Assembly: GCF_032444005.1 (NCBI RefSeq)
Contig: NC_091290.1
Coordinates: 136,028,001-136,092,000, forward strand
From: Ranitomeya imitator
Taxonomy: Eukaryota
Length of the DNA: 64,000 nucleotides
Direction: 5' to 3'
Position numbers and translations under genes: made by a program. Under the pieces are notes generated by a model that searched no databases, was not told the origin of the DNA, and saw nothing but the letters and a program-made list of their open reading frames with translations. This document shows positions 37,856 through 50,483 of the stretch, one piece after another; the first letter of the stretch is position 1; every line of letters begins with the position of its first letter.

Positions 37856-38348
37856 TGACTTTCTGAAAATCTCTCATGTGGGGTGCTGTCGTGGCGAAAG
37901 GTAAAAAGCCGGATTACGTACCGGTAATACTCTTTTAGTGAGTCCACGACAGCACCCATGTATTACCCTCCCTAAATTCTGCACAGTTCCTTCCTTTAAG
38001 TTCACAAGTAATGGTTGTATAGAGTTAAGAAATTTATGTGACTAAATAAGAATGAATACTAACACTTTTGCGGTTCCCTTTTTATACTCTGTAAACTAAA
38101 CTGAGGAGGAGAGGGGACCGCCTCCTTTTATTCTGTAGGTTTCCTGTTCCTATGGGCGGATCCCTCTCTCATGTGGGGTGCTGTCGTGGACTCACTAAAA
38201 GAGTATTACCGGTACGTAATCCGGCTTTTTTAACTTTTACGCTGGTAACCAGGGTAAGCATCAGGTTACTAAGCGCAGCCCTGCGCTTAGTAACCCGATG
38301 TTTACCCTGGTTACCAGTGAAGACATCGCTGAATCGGCGTCACACACC

Positions 38349-38745
38349 CGTGGCCATTTTCCTGAAGCCCCGGGAAGCAGGAGACTCCATCTGCGCACGC
38401 GCGGCCTCAGGAAGATGGCCGCGCCCAGCGAGAAACCGCTGAATAGCGGCGAGCGCGCTCTTTTTCTACAGCTGCGCAGTGCATTCGGCACTTGCGCATG
38501 CGAGAAGCACTACGCCACCAACGGGAACATAAGCAAGATGTGGGGGAGAAACAGCGCTGTGACCACGCCCATCCGACCTGACCAGCCTGATTGACAGGCG
38601 AAAAAGGCCACTTTTGTAAGGTATTTCAGCAGCATAGGTAGGGAATCAGGGGACAAAAAATACCCTATTGTAAAGCACAGCTCAGGCCCTATTTAACGGT
38701 ATTTTTATCTACTACTGAAAAAACGGGGTGACAGGTTCCCTTTAA
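38349..38745. mobile_element. Right half of a T2/Kolobok-type MITE
   Basis: Ends gtgacaggttccct-ttaa; left end missing. Confidence 0.6.
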
Positions 38746-39206
38746 ACATTGATTCAATGACAATAAGGGTTAACGGTCATTCTCACATGAACTCTAGCTC
38801 ATGTCCCTGTGCCTTCTGAAATAATATTTCTGGATAACATAGATTAAATGTGATGTGGCCACACCCATCTTTAGCCCCCACTTCAGGTTTCCCCTTTAAT
38901 TGTGTCATCAGACCAGGTCATACAAACAAATCTCAGGTGTCAGATACCGCCTTAGTATTTAGGTAGTTGTCCTGCCTGTACACTGTGTTGGAGTTTCATC
39001 ATTCCAACTCTGCAACATTAGTCATCTCTAGAGAAAACAATAGTGGAGAAAAACGTCAACTCATCATTTTTTTTTTGCAGCACCTTGCCCGATGAATGAA
39101 CATTGCCCGGAGCCGTCTCAGTCTGGGATGTCGGCGAAATAGAAAAAAGTGGGGAAGAAACCTCCAGTGATGAAATCAAGAAGGAAAGTTATCATACCAT
39201 GATTAA

Positions 39207-42200
39207 CCCATTAATCCCATATGATGTACTTTCCCGTCAAGGTGCCCTGGGACTTAGTTCCCAGTGACGGGATAGTACTTCATATGCGATCGGCCGCGCT
39301 CACGGGGGGAGCGCGGCCGGGTGTCAGCTGTCTATCGCAGCTGACATCCGGCACTATGTGCCAGAAGCGGTCACGGACCACTCCCGGCACATTAACCCCC
39401 GGCACACCGCGATCAAACATGATCGCGGTGTGTCGGCGGTGCAGGAAAGCATCGCGCAGGGAGGGGGCTCCCTGCGGGCTTCCCTGAGACCCCCCCCAGC
39501 AACGCGATGTGATCGCGTTGCTGTGAGGGTCTCCTACCTTCCTCCCTGCAGCAAGGCCCGGATCCAAAATGGCCGCGGCATCCAGGTCCTGCAAGGAGGG
39601 AGGTGGCTTCACAGCGCCTGCTCAGAGCAGGCGCTTGGTAAGCCTGCAGTGATCTGGGACAGATCGGTGATCTGACAGAGTGCTGTGCAAACTGTCAGAT
39701 CAGCGATCTGTGATGTCCCCCCCTGGGACAAAGTAAAAAAGTTAAAAAAAAAATTTCCACATCTGTAAAAAAATATAGAAAAAAAAAATCCTAAATAAAG
39801 AAAAAAAAATAAAAATTATTCCCATAAATACATTTCTTTATCTAAATAAAAATAAAATAAAAGTACACATATTTATTATCACCGCGTCCGTAACGACCCC
39901 ACCTATAAAACTGTCCCACTAGTTAACCCCTTCAGTAAACACCATAAGAAAAAAAAAAACGAGGCAAAAAACATTGCTTTATCATCATACCGCCAAACAA
40001 AAAGTGGAATAACACGCGATCAAAAAGACAGATATAAATAACCATGGTACCGCTGAAAACGTCATCTTGTCCCGCAAAAAAACGAGCTGCCATACAGCAT
40101 CATCAGCAAAAAAAAAAAATTATAGTCCTGAAAATAAAGCGATGCCAAAATAATTATTTTTTCTATAAAATAGTTTTTATCGTATAAAAGCGCCAAAACA
40201 TAAAAAAAAAATAAATGAGGTATCGCTGTAATCGTACTGACCCGAAGAATAAAACTGCTTTATCCATTTTACCAAACGCGGAACTGTATAAACGCCTCCC
40301 CCAAAAGAAATTCATGAATAGCTGGTTTTTGGTCATTCTGCCTCACAAAAATCGGAATAAAAAGCGATCAAAAACTGTCACGTGTCAGAAAATGTTACCA
40401 ATAAAAACGTCAACTCGTCCCGCAAAAAACAAGACCTCACATGACTCTGTGGACCAAAATATGGAAAAATTATAGGTCTCAAAATGTGGAGACGCCAAAA
40501 CTTTTTTGCTACAAAAAGCGTCTTTTAGTGTGTGACAGCTGCCAATCATAAAAATCTGCTATAAAAACGCTATAAAAGTAAATCAAATCCCCCTTCATCA
40601 CCCCCTTAGTTAGGGAAAAATAATAAAATTAAAAAAATGTATTTATTTCCATTTTCCCATTAGGGTTAGGGCTAGGGTTGGGGCTAAAGTTAGGGTTAGG
40701 GTTGGGGCTAAAGTTAGGGTTAGTGTTGTGGCTAAAGTTAGGGTTAGGGTTGGAGCTAAAGTTAGGGTTGGGGCTAAAGTTAAGGTTAGGGTTGGGGCTA
40801 AAGTTAGGGTTAGGGTTGGAGCTAAAGTTAGGGTTGGGGCTAAAGTTAGGGTTAGGGTTGGGGCTAAAGTTAGGGTTGGGGCTAAAGTTAGGGTTTGGAT
40901 TACATTTACGGTTGGGATTAGGGTTTGGATTAGAGTTAGGGGTGTGTCAGGGTTAGGGGTGTGTTTGGATTAGGGTTTCAGTTAGAATTGGGGGTTTCCA
41001 TTGTTTAGGCACATCAGGGGCTCTCCAAACGCGACATGGCGTCCCATCTCAATTCCAGCCAATTCTGCGTTGAAAAAGTAAAACAGTGCTCTTTCCCTTC
41101 CGAGCTCTCCCGTGTGCCCAAACAGGGGTTTACCCCAACATATGGGGTATCAGCATACTCGGGACAAATTGGACAACAACTTTTGGGGTCCAAGTTCTCC
41201 TGTTACCCTTGGGAAAATACAAAACTGGGGGCTAAAAATCATTTTTGTGGGAAAAATTTTTTTTTTTATTTTCACGGCTCTGCGTTGTAAACTGTAGTGA
41301 AACACTTGGGGGTTCAAAGTTCTCACAACACATCTAGATAAGTTCCTTGGGAGGTCTAGTTTCCAATATGGGGTCACTTGTGGGGGGTTTCTACTGTTTG
41401 GGTACATCAGGGGCTCTGCAAATGCAACGTGACGCCTGCAGACCAATCCATCTAAGTCTGCATTCCAAATGACGCTTCTTCCCTTCCGAGCTCTGCCATG
41501 CACCCAAACAGTGGTTACCCCCCACATATGGGGTATCAGCATACTCAGCACAAATTGAACAACAACTTTTGGGGTCCAATTTATCCTGTTACCCATGTAA
41601 AAATACAAAACTGGGGGCTAAAAAATCATTTTTGTGAAAAAAAATTTTTTTTTATTTTCACGCCTCTGGATTATAAACTGTAGTGAAACACTCGGGGGTT
41701 CAAAGCTCTCAAAACACATCTAGATAAGTTCCTTAGGGGGTCTACTTTCCAAAATGGTGTCACTTGTGGGGGTTTCAATGTTTAGGCACATCAGTGGCTC
41801 TCCAAACGCAACATGGTGTCCCATCTCAATTCCTGTCAATTTTGCATTGAAAAGTCAAACGGCACTCCTTCCCTTCCGAGCTCTCCCATGCGCCCAAACA
41901 GTGGTTTACACCCACATATGGGGTATCAGCGTATTCAGAAGAAATTGCACAACAACTTTTGGGGTCCAATTTCTTCTCTTACCCTTGGGAAAATAAAAAA
42001 TTGGGGGCGAAAAGATCATTTTTGTGAAAAAATATGATTTTTTATTTTTACGGCTCTGAATTATAAACTTCTGTGAAGCACTTGGTGGGTCAAAGTGCTC
42101 ACCACCCATCTAGATAAGTTCCTTAGGGGGTCTACTTTCCAAAATGCTGTCACTTGTGGGGGGTTTCAATGTTTAGGCACATCAGGGGCTCTCCAAACAC

Positions 42201-43030
42201 GACATGGGGTCCTATCTCAATTCCAGTCAATTTTGCATTGAAAAGTCAAATGGCGCTCCTTCCCTTCCGAGCTCTGCCATGCGCCCAAACAGTGGTTTAC
42301 CCCCACATATGGGGTATCAGCATACTCAGGACAAATTGTACAACAACTTTTGGGGTCCATTTTCTCCTGTTACCCTTGGCAAAATAAAACAAATTGGAGC
42401 TGAAGTACATTTTTTGTGAAAAAAAGTTAAATGTTCATTTTTATTTAAACATTCCAAAAATTCCTGTGAAACACCTGAAGGGTTAATAAACTTCTTGAAT
42501 GTGGTTTTGAGCACCTTGAGGGGTGTAGTTTTTAGAATGGTGTCACACTTGGTTATTTTCTATCATGTAGACCCCTCAAAATGACTTCAAATGTCATGTG
42601 GTCCCTAAAAAATATTGGTGTTGTAATAATGAGAAATTGCTGGTCAACTTTTAACCCTTCTAACTCTCTAACAAAAAAAAATGTTGGTTCCAAAATTGTG
42701 CTGATGTAAAGTAGACATGTGGGAAATGTTACTTATTAATTATTTTGTGTGACATAGCTCTGTGATTTAAGGGCATAAAAATTCAAAGTTGGAAAATTGC
42801 AACATTTTCAAATTTTTTGCCAAATTTCCGTTTTTTCGCAAATAAACGCACGTTATATCGAATAAATTTTACCACTATCATGAAGTACAATATATCGCGA
42901 GAAAACAATGTCAGAATCACCAGGATCTGTTGAAGCGTTCCAGAGTTATAACCTCATAAAGGGACAGTGGTCAGAATTGTAAAAATTGGCCCGGTCATTA
43001 ACGTGCAAACCACCCTCGGGGCTTAAGGGG
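39207..43030. mobile_element. piggyBac-type non-autonomous element, 3.8 kb
   Basis: TTAA on both sides (39203-06, 43031-34); imperfect TIR CCCATTAATCCC / CCCCTTAAGCCCC; no transposase ORF; internal ~390-bp tandem units (~40990-42480). Confidence 0.8.
40660..40975 (+). repeat. Telomere-like (TTAGGG-derived) repeat inside the piggyBac-type element
   Basis: ttagggttagggttggggctaaag units. Confidence 0.9.
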
Positions 43031-43089
43031 TTAAGGCTCTTTTACAAAAATGATAACTTTCCTTCTTCGCTGGAGGTTTCTTCTCCCAC

Positions 43090-43580
43090 CTTTTTCTATT
43101 AGTCATCTCTGTTCCAGCTCTGCTACATCTGTTTCACCTCTGCTACATCAATTATCTATGCTCCAGTTCTGCTACATTAGTCATATCTGTTCCAGCTCTG
43201 CAACGTCAGTCATCGCTTTTTCAGCTCTGCTACATCTCTAATGGACCTCTGCTACATCAGTCATCTCTGTTCCAGCTCTACTGTGTCAGTCATCTCTTTT
43301 CCAGCTTTGCTTCATCTTTGGTGGACCTCTGCTACAGTCATCTCTGGTGCACCTCTGATACATCAGCGATTACTGTTGCAACTCTGCTACATCAGTCGTC
43401 TCTATTTATGCTTTGCTACAGCAGTCATCTCTGTTCCTGCTCTACTACGTTATTCATCTCTTTTCCAGCTTTGCTACATCTCTAATCAGCCGTCTCAATT
43501 CCAGTTCTGCTACATCAGTCATCTGTTCCAGCTCTGCTATGTCGGTCACCTCTGTTCCAGCTCTGCTACATTAGTTCAAC
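43090..43580. repeat. Degenerate ~30-bp tandem repeat
   Basis: Recurrent cagctctgctacatcagtcatctctgttc variants. Confidence 0.75.
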
Positions 43581-44179
43581 AGCTCCTCAAAAGCCTATTC
43601 CATTTTTAACATCACTTCACCCCATCTCATCTGCCATGTTGTACCTGTGCCACCTGTCCGTGTTGCTCAAGAACCGCTCATCCGTACCAGGGACTTCAAG
43701 GATCCACTTCATCAAGAGGAATAGAAAACAGACTTTAGATTAGCTGTCTATCATGGATCCTGGAGGTTTCAGTTTTCTCCACCATCAATTTAGGGAATGC
43801 CCGTTTTTTTTTTTTTTTTTTTTAAACCATTCAAATTTTTATTGCATAATAAAACACAAGGGAATACAGAAACAGGATGGGAGGAAGGGGGTACAGACCA
43901 TAATGAGGATCAACATAGAGAACAGCCCAAGATACATAGGGATATGTATACATGCGAGAAATGAGCTTAACCCTGCTGTTCTGTTGGTCAAAAATGACCG
44001 ACTTTGAACTTCAATATTCTTTAAAATATTCAAGATGCGGCTCTGAAACCCGTGGCCGACCGACCCATCCTCATTTAAGTCAATCAACCACAAGTTTCAG
44101 AACCGCATCTTGAACACCCCAAAAAATACCAAAGTTCAAAATAGGTCTCCCCAGACCGAACAGAACAGCAGGGTTTTAA

Positions 44180-44501
44180 AGGGACACTGTCACCTGAATT
44201 TGGAGGGAACAATCTTCAGCCATGGAGGCGGGGTTTTTGAGTTTTTGATTCACCCTTTCCTTACCCGCTGGCTGCATGCTGGCTGCAATATTGGATTGAA
44301 GTTCATTCTCTGTCCTTCATAGTACACGCCTGGGCAAGGCAAGATTGCATCTTGTGCAGGCATGTACTACAGAGGACAGAGAATGAACTTCAATCCAATA
44401 TTGCAGCCAGCATGCAGCCAGCGGGTAAGGAAAGGGTGAATCAAAAACCCCGCCTCCATGGCTGAAGATTGTTCCCTCCAAATTCAGGTGACAGTGTCCC
44501 T
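44180..44501. mobile_element. T2/Kolobok-type palindromic MITE (322 bp) in the L1 3' UTR
   Basis: TTAA TSD; near-perfect whole-element inverted repeat agggacactgtcacctg...caggtgacagtgtccct. Confidence 0.95.
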
Positions 44502-44513
44502 TTAAACACATCA

Positions 44514-47500
44514 TTAGGGGGATGAGGAGGAGTGGTGATCCGGAGAAGTGATATAAGGCGACGAAGTCCAAGGATCCCACCATGTAAGAATCTTATTCTT
44601 CTTCGAAAGGCAGTCAGCAATAATTGATTCATAACTAAAATGAAGGTTAATTTTAGCAATTAATTCAGCTTTAGAGGGAACAGTCGGAGATTTCCAATGT
44701 TTTGCAATACAGAGTCTAGCTGCTACAAGAATATTGGATATAACAGGTTGTAAGGAGGGAGGGAATTCTATCAGTGAAATTCCTAAAACTGCTAAAGGGC
44801 CTGTTAACGTAACAGGAATTTGGATTACTTCTGATATAACACCCTCAACCTGGCGCCAAAACAACTGCACCTGCGGGCAACTCCACCACACATGAGCGAG
44901 CGAACCTGATCGATTGCACCTTTTCCAACACATAGGGGAGGATTGAGGATATATTTTGGCTAATTTGACAGGCGTGAAATACCACAGAAGTTGAGTTTTT
45001 TTGGATTGTTCGAGATGACCAAGACACGAGGAGAATTTGGATGGATGTAGCATAGCTAAAGTCCAGTCATCTGGGGGGGCTTCAAACGAAAAAGCTGCCT
45101 CCCACGTGGCCATAAAGGGGGGTCTTTCTGAGAAGTCATGAGAGATGAGAGCTTTGTAGATTATTGAAATGCCATGTGGGATTACAGTGTTAGGTCTAAA
45201 GAATCTCTGTACAGGAGTCTCCTCTCCAGGGGAAGACGCGGGGACACCAAATACATTCCGATGCTTCAAGAAGCTACGAATTTGAAAATACTGAAAGAGG
45301 GCCTTAGGAGGCAGATTGAATCGAGCGGAAAGGTCCGCAAATGACTTCAGACCAGAGTCATCATATAGGTCACTTACCCGGTGTATCCCGCAACTCCCCC
45401 CAGCGGAGAGAGACAGACCCTCCACTGCGTTTTCCAGAGCCCGAATAGAGATATAATCAAATAAGAATGGGAAATGGGAAGGGCAGGACTTTGTCCAAAT
45501 CTTTGCAGCGGCGGAAATTGTTTTGAGAGATGAGCTCGGTTCAATCGAACGGAGTAGGCATAATTCTAGCAATAGTCTAAGCGAGGACCGAGGGGCGAAT
45601 TGCGATTCAATATTAAACCATTGGAGAGAAGAGTTCCCCTCCCACCAGATTTTTAGGGGCTCTATAAGAGCGGCTTTGTGGTATAATTGAATTCTGGGGA
45701 CTCCCAAGCTTCCTTTGAAAGATGGTAGTGTCATTAACGCCCGTTTTATTCTATGAGGTTTGTTATTCCAAACAAAACGGTCAATAACTGATTGAAAAGC
45801 TGAGAGATCTTTGGAGGGAATGGAGAGGGGGAGACATCTGAAAAGATAAATAAGTTTAGGGAGGATTAACATTTAAGATGCTTGTATTCTAGCCATCCAT
45901 GATAGATAAGAACTCGTAAAGAGACCTATTTCTTTTTTAATTTCGGAAAGAGTTGAGTCACAGTTAGCGCGAACTATATTTTTAATATGGGTGATTTGTA
46001 TGCCCAGGTATGTAAAGCCCCCAGGGGACCAAATAAAAGGGTATTTAGCTTGAATTTGGAGCTGGAGGGAAGATGAAATAAACAAGGGAAAAATTGTAGA
46101 CTTGGATAGATTAAGTTTATAGTAGGAGGCCTCGGCAAATTGGGAGAGGATGGAGGAGACCGCAGCTAGTGAACTAAGAGGAGAAGAACAAGTCAAAACT
46201 ACATCGTCCGCATAGAGGCCAATTTTATGTTCGTGATTCCCCACCATCACACCCCCAATATCTGAACATTGTCTAACCGCAGCTGCTAAGGTGTTATGGC
46301 TGGCAATCAGGCAACACAGCGTGCAGTAATCAGCGCACATACAGAGATCTGGCAATAACCAAAAACAATAGGACAAGCTCTGAGACGTGGAATCTCTGTA
46401 GACTGCAGTACCTGATCTATCCTCACACAACTATAAGCAGCAGTGGATTGCGCCTAACAACTACCTATGCAACTCGGCACTGCCTGAGGAGCTGACTAGC
46501 CTGAAGATAGAAATACAAGCCTGACTTACCTCAGAGAAATACCCCAAAGGAATAGGCAGCCCCCCACATATAATGACTGTTAGCAAGATGAAAAGACAAA
46601 CGTAGGAATGAAATAGATTCAGCAAAGTGAGGCCCGATATTCTAGACAGAGCGAGGATAGCAAAGAGAACTATGCAGTCCACAAAAAACCCTAAAACGAA
46701 AACCACGCAAAGGGGCAAAAAGACCCACCGTGCCGAACTAACAGCACGGCGGTGCACCCCTTTGCTTCTCAGAGCTTCCAGCAAAAGTTAATAGCAAGCT
46801 GGACAGAAAAAACAGAAAACAAACTAGAAGCACTTATCTAGCAGAGCAGCAGGCCCAAGGAAAGATGCAGTAGCTCAGATCCAACACTGGAACATTGACA
46901 AGGAGCAAGGAAGACAGACTCAGGTGGAGCTAAATAGCAAGGCAGCCAACGAGCTCACCAAAACACCTGAGGGAGGAAGCCCAGAGACTGCAATACCACT
47001 TGTGACCACAGAAGTGAACTCAGCCACAGAATTCACAACACTAAGGGCTCCATGATCAGAGCAAAGATGACGGGGGAGAGGGGGCAGCCCTGTCGGGTTC
47101 CATTGGAAATAGAAAAGACACGGGATTTGAAGCCAGCAGAACAGACAGAGGCACATGGATTGGAGTACAGGGCCATAATGGCTGAGAAAATTGGGCCTGT
47201 AAGGCCAAACCTACTCAAAGTGGCAGCAATATAACCCCAGTGCACTCTGTCGAACGCCTTTTCCGCGTCAAGGGATAGGAACACAGAGGGATGTTTCCCC
47301 CTCTCCACCACATCCAGCAGGTCAATTAAGCGTCTTGTACCGTCTCTAGTCTGCCTGCCTGGTACGAAGCCCACCTGATCCGAGTGAATTAAGGATGGGA
47401 GAACCGACATCAACCTATTAGCCCAGACCTTGGCATAGATTTTGACATCACAGTTTAGCAAGGCGATAGGGCGTAAATTACCCGGAGAAGTCATGGGTTT

Positions 47501-48884
47501 CCCGGGTTTAGGTAGAGTTGATATGCATGCCTCCAATCCCTCCTTCACAATGGAGCCAGTTGTGCGCCAATAGTTGAATAAGCGTAAGAGAAAAGGGGAT
47601 AAAATAGAGAGGAACTGAGAATAATATGAGAAGGAAAAACCGTCTGGACCTGGAGCTGAGCGTTTTTTGGCTTCCTTGACAATTTGTAAGATTTCAAATG
47701 CCTCAATAGGGGCATTAAGGAGAGATAACTGTTCTGGTTTAAGTGCAGGAAGATTCGTTTTGTTTAGGAAGGCAGCTATTGAAGTACCAGCTCTGTCACC
47801 CATGGAGTAAAATTTAGCTTTGGATTTCCTTAGCGATTTTTCTGTTTTATGGAGGAGAAGCTGGCGGAGGTGAAGACGTGCAGCCGAGAGGTTAGAAAGG
47901 AGATGGGCAGAAGGGTGGGCCTTGTGGCGGGACTCCAATTGGGCCACTTCGGCTAAGGCAGACTGAAGATTTGAATTATATTTACGTTTAGCTGACGCAG
48001 CCATTTTGATAAAAAGACCACGAGCTACTGCTTTATGAGCAAACCATAGAGAGTCCTCGCGTACATCCGCAGAATCATTAAAGGCAAAAAACTCTTGCAG
48101 AGAGCGTTCAATTTGTGAGGAGTTTGCCTGCTCAGAAAGGAGGTGGGTATTAAGGCACCAGTGTGAGGGAGGTCTAATTGCAAGAGGGTCTTTAAGGGTA
48201 ACTGAAGTTGGAGCATGGTCAGACCAGGTGATATTACCTATGGATGCAGCGGTACAGTGAGGGAGGGCTACGTCATTCACTAAGATATAGTCTATCCTGC
48301 TGTAGGAGGCATGGCGAGGCGACCAAAATGTATAATCTCTTTCATTACAGTGGAGATATCTCCAAATATCATGGAGATTGTATGAGTTAATCAAGTGGGC
48401 CGCCTCGCCCCTAGAAACAGAGGATGACGAACAGTCTAGATTTTTAGAAACCGGAATGTTAAAATCTCCGGCAATTGGCTTATAACTTTGCTGAAAATTA
48501 CCTAGTGCTGTAAAAAAAACTATTCATAAATTTAGTTTGACCAGTGTTTGGACCATATACCGAGGCAATGGTGTAGGGGTTATTATTAATTGAACAAGAA
48601 AGTATAATATATCTGCCCGCAGGGTCAACTACAGATCTATGTAACTGGAAAGAATTAGTTTTACTAAGGAAAATAGCTACCCCAGCTTTTTTGGATTTCC
48701 CGTTTGCGAAGAATTGATGAGGGTATAGGTTTGAGTACATTCTTACATTGTATCGCTCTAGGAGATGGGTCTCCTGTAAACATATAATGTCATGTTTAGA
48801 TTTAGCAAGTTGGCGCCAGACAAGTGATCTCTTGCTGGGGGAGTTAAGACCATTGACATTAATAGAATATAATGAAACACTCAT
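44514..48884 (-). pseudogene. L1 ORF2 (endonuclease/RT), disrupted
   Basis: SINVNGLN..ICLQETHL (EN), APGPDGF, LRPIALLN, LDAEKAFD, GTRQGCPLSP, YADD; frameshifts near 48515 and 45872, apparent deletions, solo LTR inserted between MEPL and AAAVRQ. Confidence 0.93.
46292..47040. mobile_element. Solo LTR (749 bp) inside L1 RT
   Basis: tgttatg...ttcacaaca; 6-bp TSD ctaagg. Confidence 0.93.
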
Positions 48885-49278
48885 GATAAACAGTTATTAG
48901 GTTATGAATGCAGGCATACATACTTATGTTCAGTAAAACAATACCACAACACCATGGGCTACTATGTGGCAGCGATCTGAGATATGTAGGAGGGGGGAGG
49001 GAAGAGGGAAAAAGGGAAAACCAGACAAACAGTAACCAGACATTACAACAAAGGACCATCCAGGGAGTTCCTGTGTCCAAGGTGAATTAGCAAAACAGTT
49101 CACCTGAGGGGCAATAAGCTGAGGAAGGATCAGCCAGTGATCAACCTCAGCAAAAAATCAGCAAGAGAAAAAAAAAAAGTAGAACAAAATAAGGAAGTAC
49201 TATAATTGTGAGGGAAGAGGGAAAAAAAAAAGAGATTTCCCTTTTCTTTCCAACCAGGAAATGGAGACGGTTAGCACT

Positions 49279-50271
49279 TCAGGCGACCTTCCAGTCGGGG
49301 GTAATCCGGCGTCTTCGGGAGTTAGAGCTCTCAGACTTGGAGGAAGGAACAGCAGGGAGGGGGCCAGGAATATCAAAGCCCCATTTCGACAAAGTCTTAG
49401 CTGCTTGCGATGGGGTTAGGCACGTGGTGACGGATCCATCCTTACGAATGCAGAGCTTGGTGGGGAATCCCCAGCGATATAATATGCCTTTTTCCCTTAG
49501 GATTGTGGTATAGGGCAGGAACGCCTTACGGAGGGCTAGGGTTCCTGGGGATAAGTCAGGAAAGACAGTAATGGCCGCAAAACATTCAGGCAAAGTTGGT
49601 TTAGCTCTCAGGGCCTGCAGAAACTCGTCCTTCATAACAAAGAAATGAATGCGGGCCAAAACATCTCTAGGGACCGAGGGGTCTAGTCCTGGGGGCTTAG
49701 GGATCCGGTGAATGCGCTCAATTATGATGCCTTCTTTAGTATAAAGTGGGAGGACAGTAAGGATAAAATCTTGAAGGAAGGCTTTAAGATCCTCAGATCC
49801 AACCGATTCGGCGATGCCCCTGAGTTTGACATTATTCCTTCTAGATCTATCTTCTAAGTCTAGAGTTTTGGCATGTGTCTTTGTAGCAAGCAATTGCAGA
49901 TTGTCATGAGCGTCCCACAGGTCATTATGGGAGGCCACTAGTTCAGCCATTTTATTTTCTAGGTGGTCCGTGCGGGCCCCCAGTTCCTCCACTTCTCCCC
50001 TGAGCTCCGACATCATGGAGCGCATATCCTCCTGCAGGGAGGCACGAAGATCCCCCAGCATGTCCCTGAGAAGCGACGCTGTGACCGGGGCGTCGGGAAT
50101 ATCCGCTGCTGCAGCGCTTGAGGCAGAGGACTGAGAGCCTCTGCGCGCAGCACGGGAAGATCTGGGAGACAGCGGCGCCATCTTGGATTTCTGGGGCTGC
50201 TGTGAGGAGGCGGCAAAGAAATCCACTATGCGCCTAGATGGGTCACCGGAGCCTGACTTGGATTTCCCCAT
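49279..50271 (-). CDS. L1 ORF1 protein, open, 330 aa
   Basis: Coiled-coil heptads, LEDRSRRNNVKLRGI, IERIHR, PRDVLARIHFF, YRWGFP motifs. Confidence 0.88.
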   Translation of the reverse strand: MGKSKSGSGDPSRRIVDFFAASSQQPQKSKMAPLSPRSSRAARRGSQSSASSAAAADIPDAPVTASLLRDMLGDLRASLQEDMRSMMSELRGEVEELGARTDHLENKMAELVASHNDLWDAHDNLQLLATKTHAKTLDLEDRSRRNNVKLRGIAESVGSEDLKAFLQDFILTVLPLYTKEGIIIERIHRIPKPPGLDPSVPRDVLARIHFFVMKDEFLQALRAKPTLPECFAAITVFPDLSPGTLALRKAFLPYTTILREKGILYRWGFPTKLCIRKDGSVTTCLTPSQAAKTLSKWGFDIPGPLPAVPSSKSESSNSRRRRITPDWKVA

Positions 50272-50483
50272 GTACTCACCGGCCGGTAAGGTTGCCGTGC
50301 GGGGAGTTTGGGGGAGGAAGGCGCCGCTCGTGCGTCGCTATGAGCCGCTTAAAGTGTCCTGGGTGTGGAGCTCCCGCGCTATGCGACCTGTGCCATCCGA
50401 AGCCAGGCCACACCCCGGGAATGCCCATGTTTTTAAACTGTCTGGAGAATCAAGAATTGTATAAGGGTTTTAGCAGCCACTTG

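Larger units (their letters stand above)
34695..38230 (+). mobile_element. DIRS1-type tyrosine-recombinase retrotransposon, internally deleted
   Basis: ITRs 34708-34800 and 38097-38189; right extension to 38230; ICR 37871-37957; gag and YR remnants; RT/RNase H absent. Confidence 0.93.
33768..38348. mobile_element. Second copy of the 2432-3163 MITE family, opposite orientation, split by nested insertions
   Basis: Left arm 33768-33925, core 34515-34699, right arm 38231-38348, all homologous to the first copy. Confidence 0.85.
43804..50416 (-). mobile_element. Full-length L1 retrotransposon with nested insertions
   Basis: GGGGTGTGGCC 5' end, ORF1, ORF2 (EN-RT-C-terminal Cys region), AATAAA, poly(A) at 43804-43823, TSD core gggaatgccc on both flanks. 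Confidence 0.95.
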
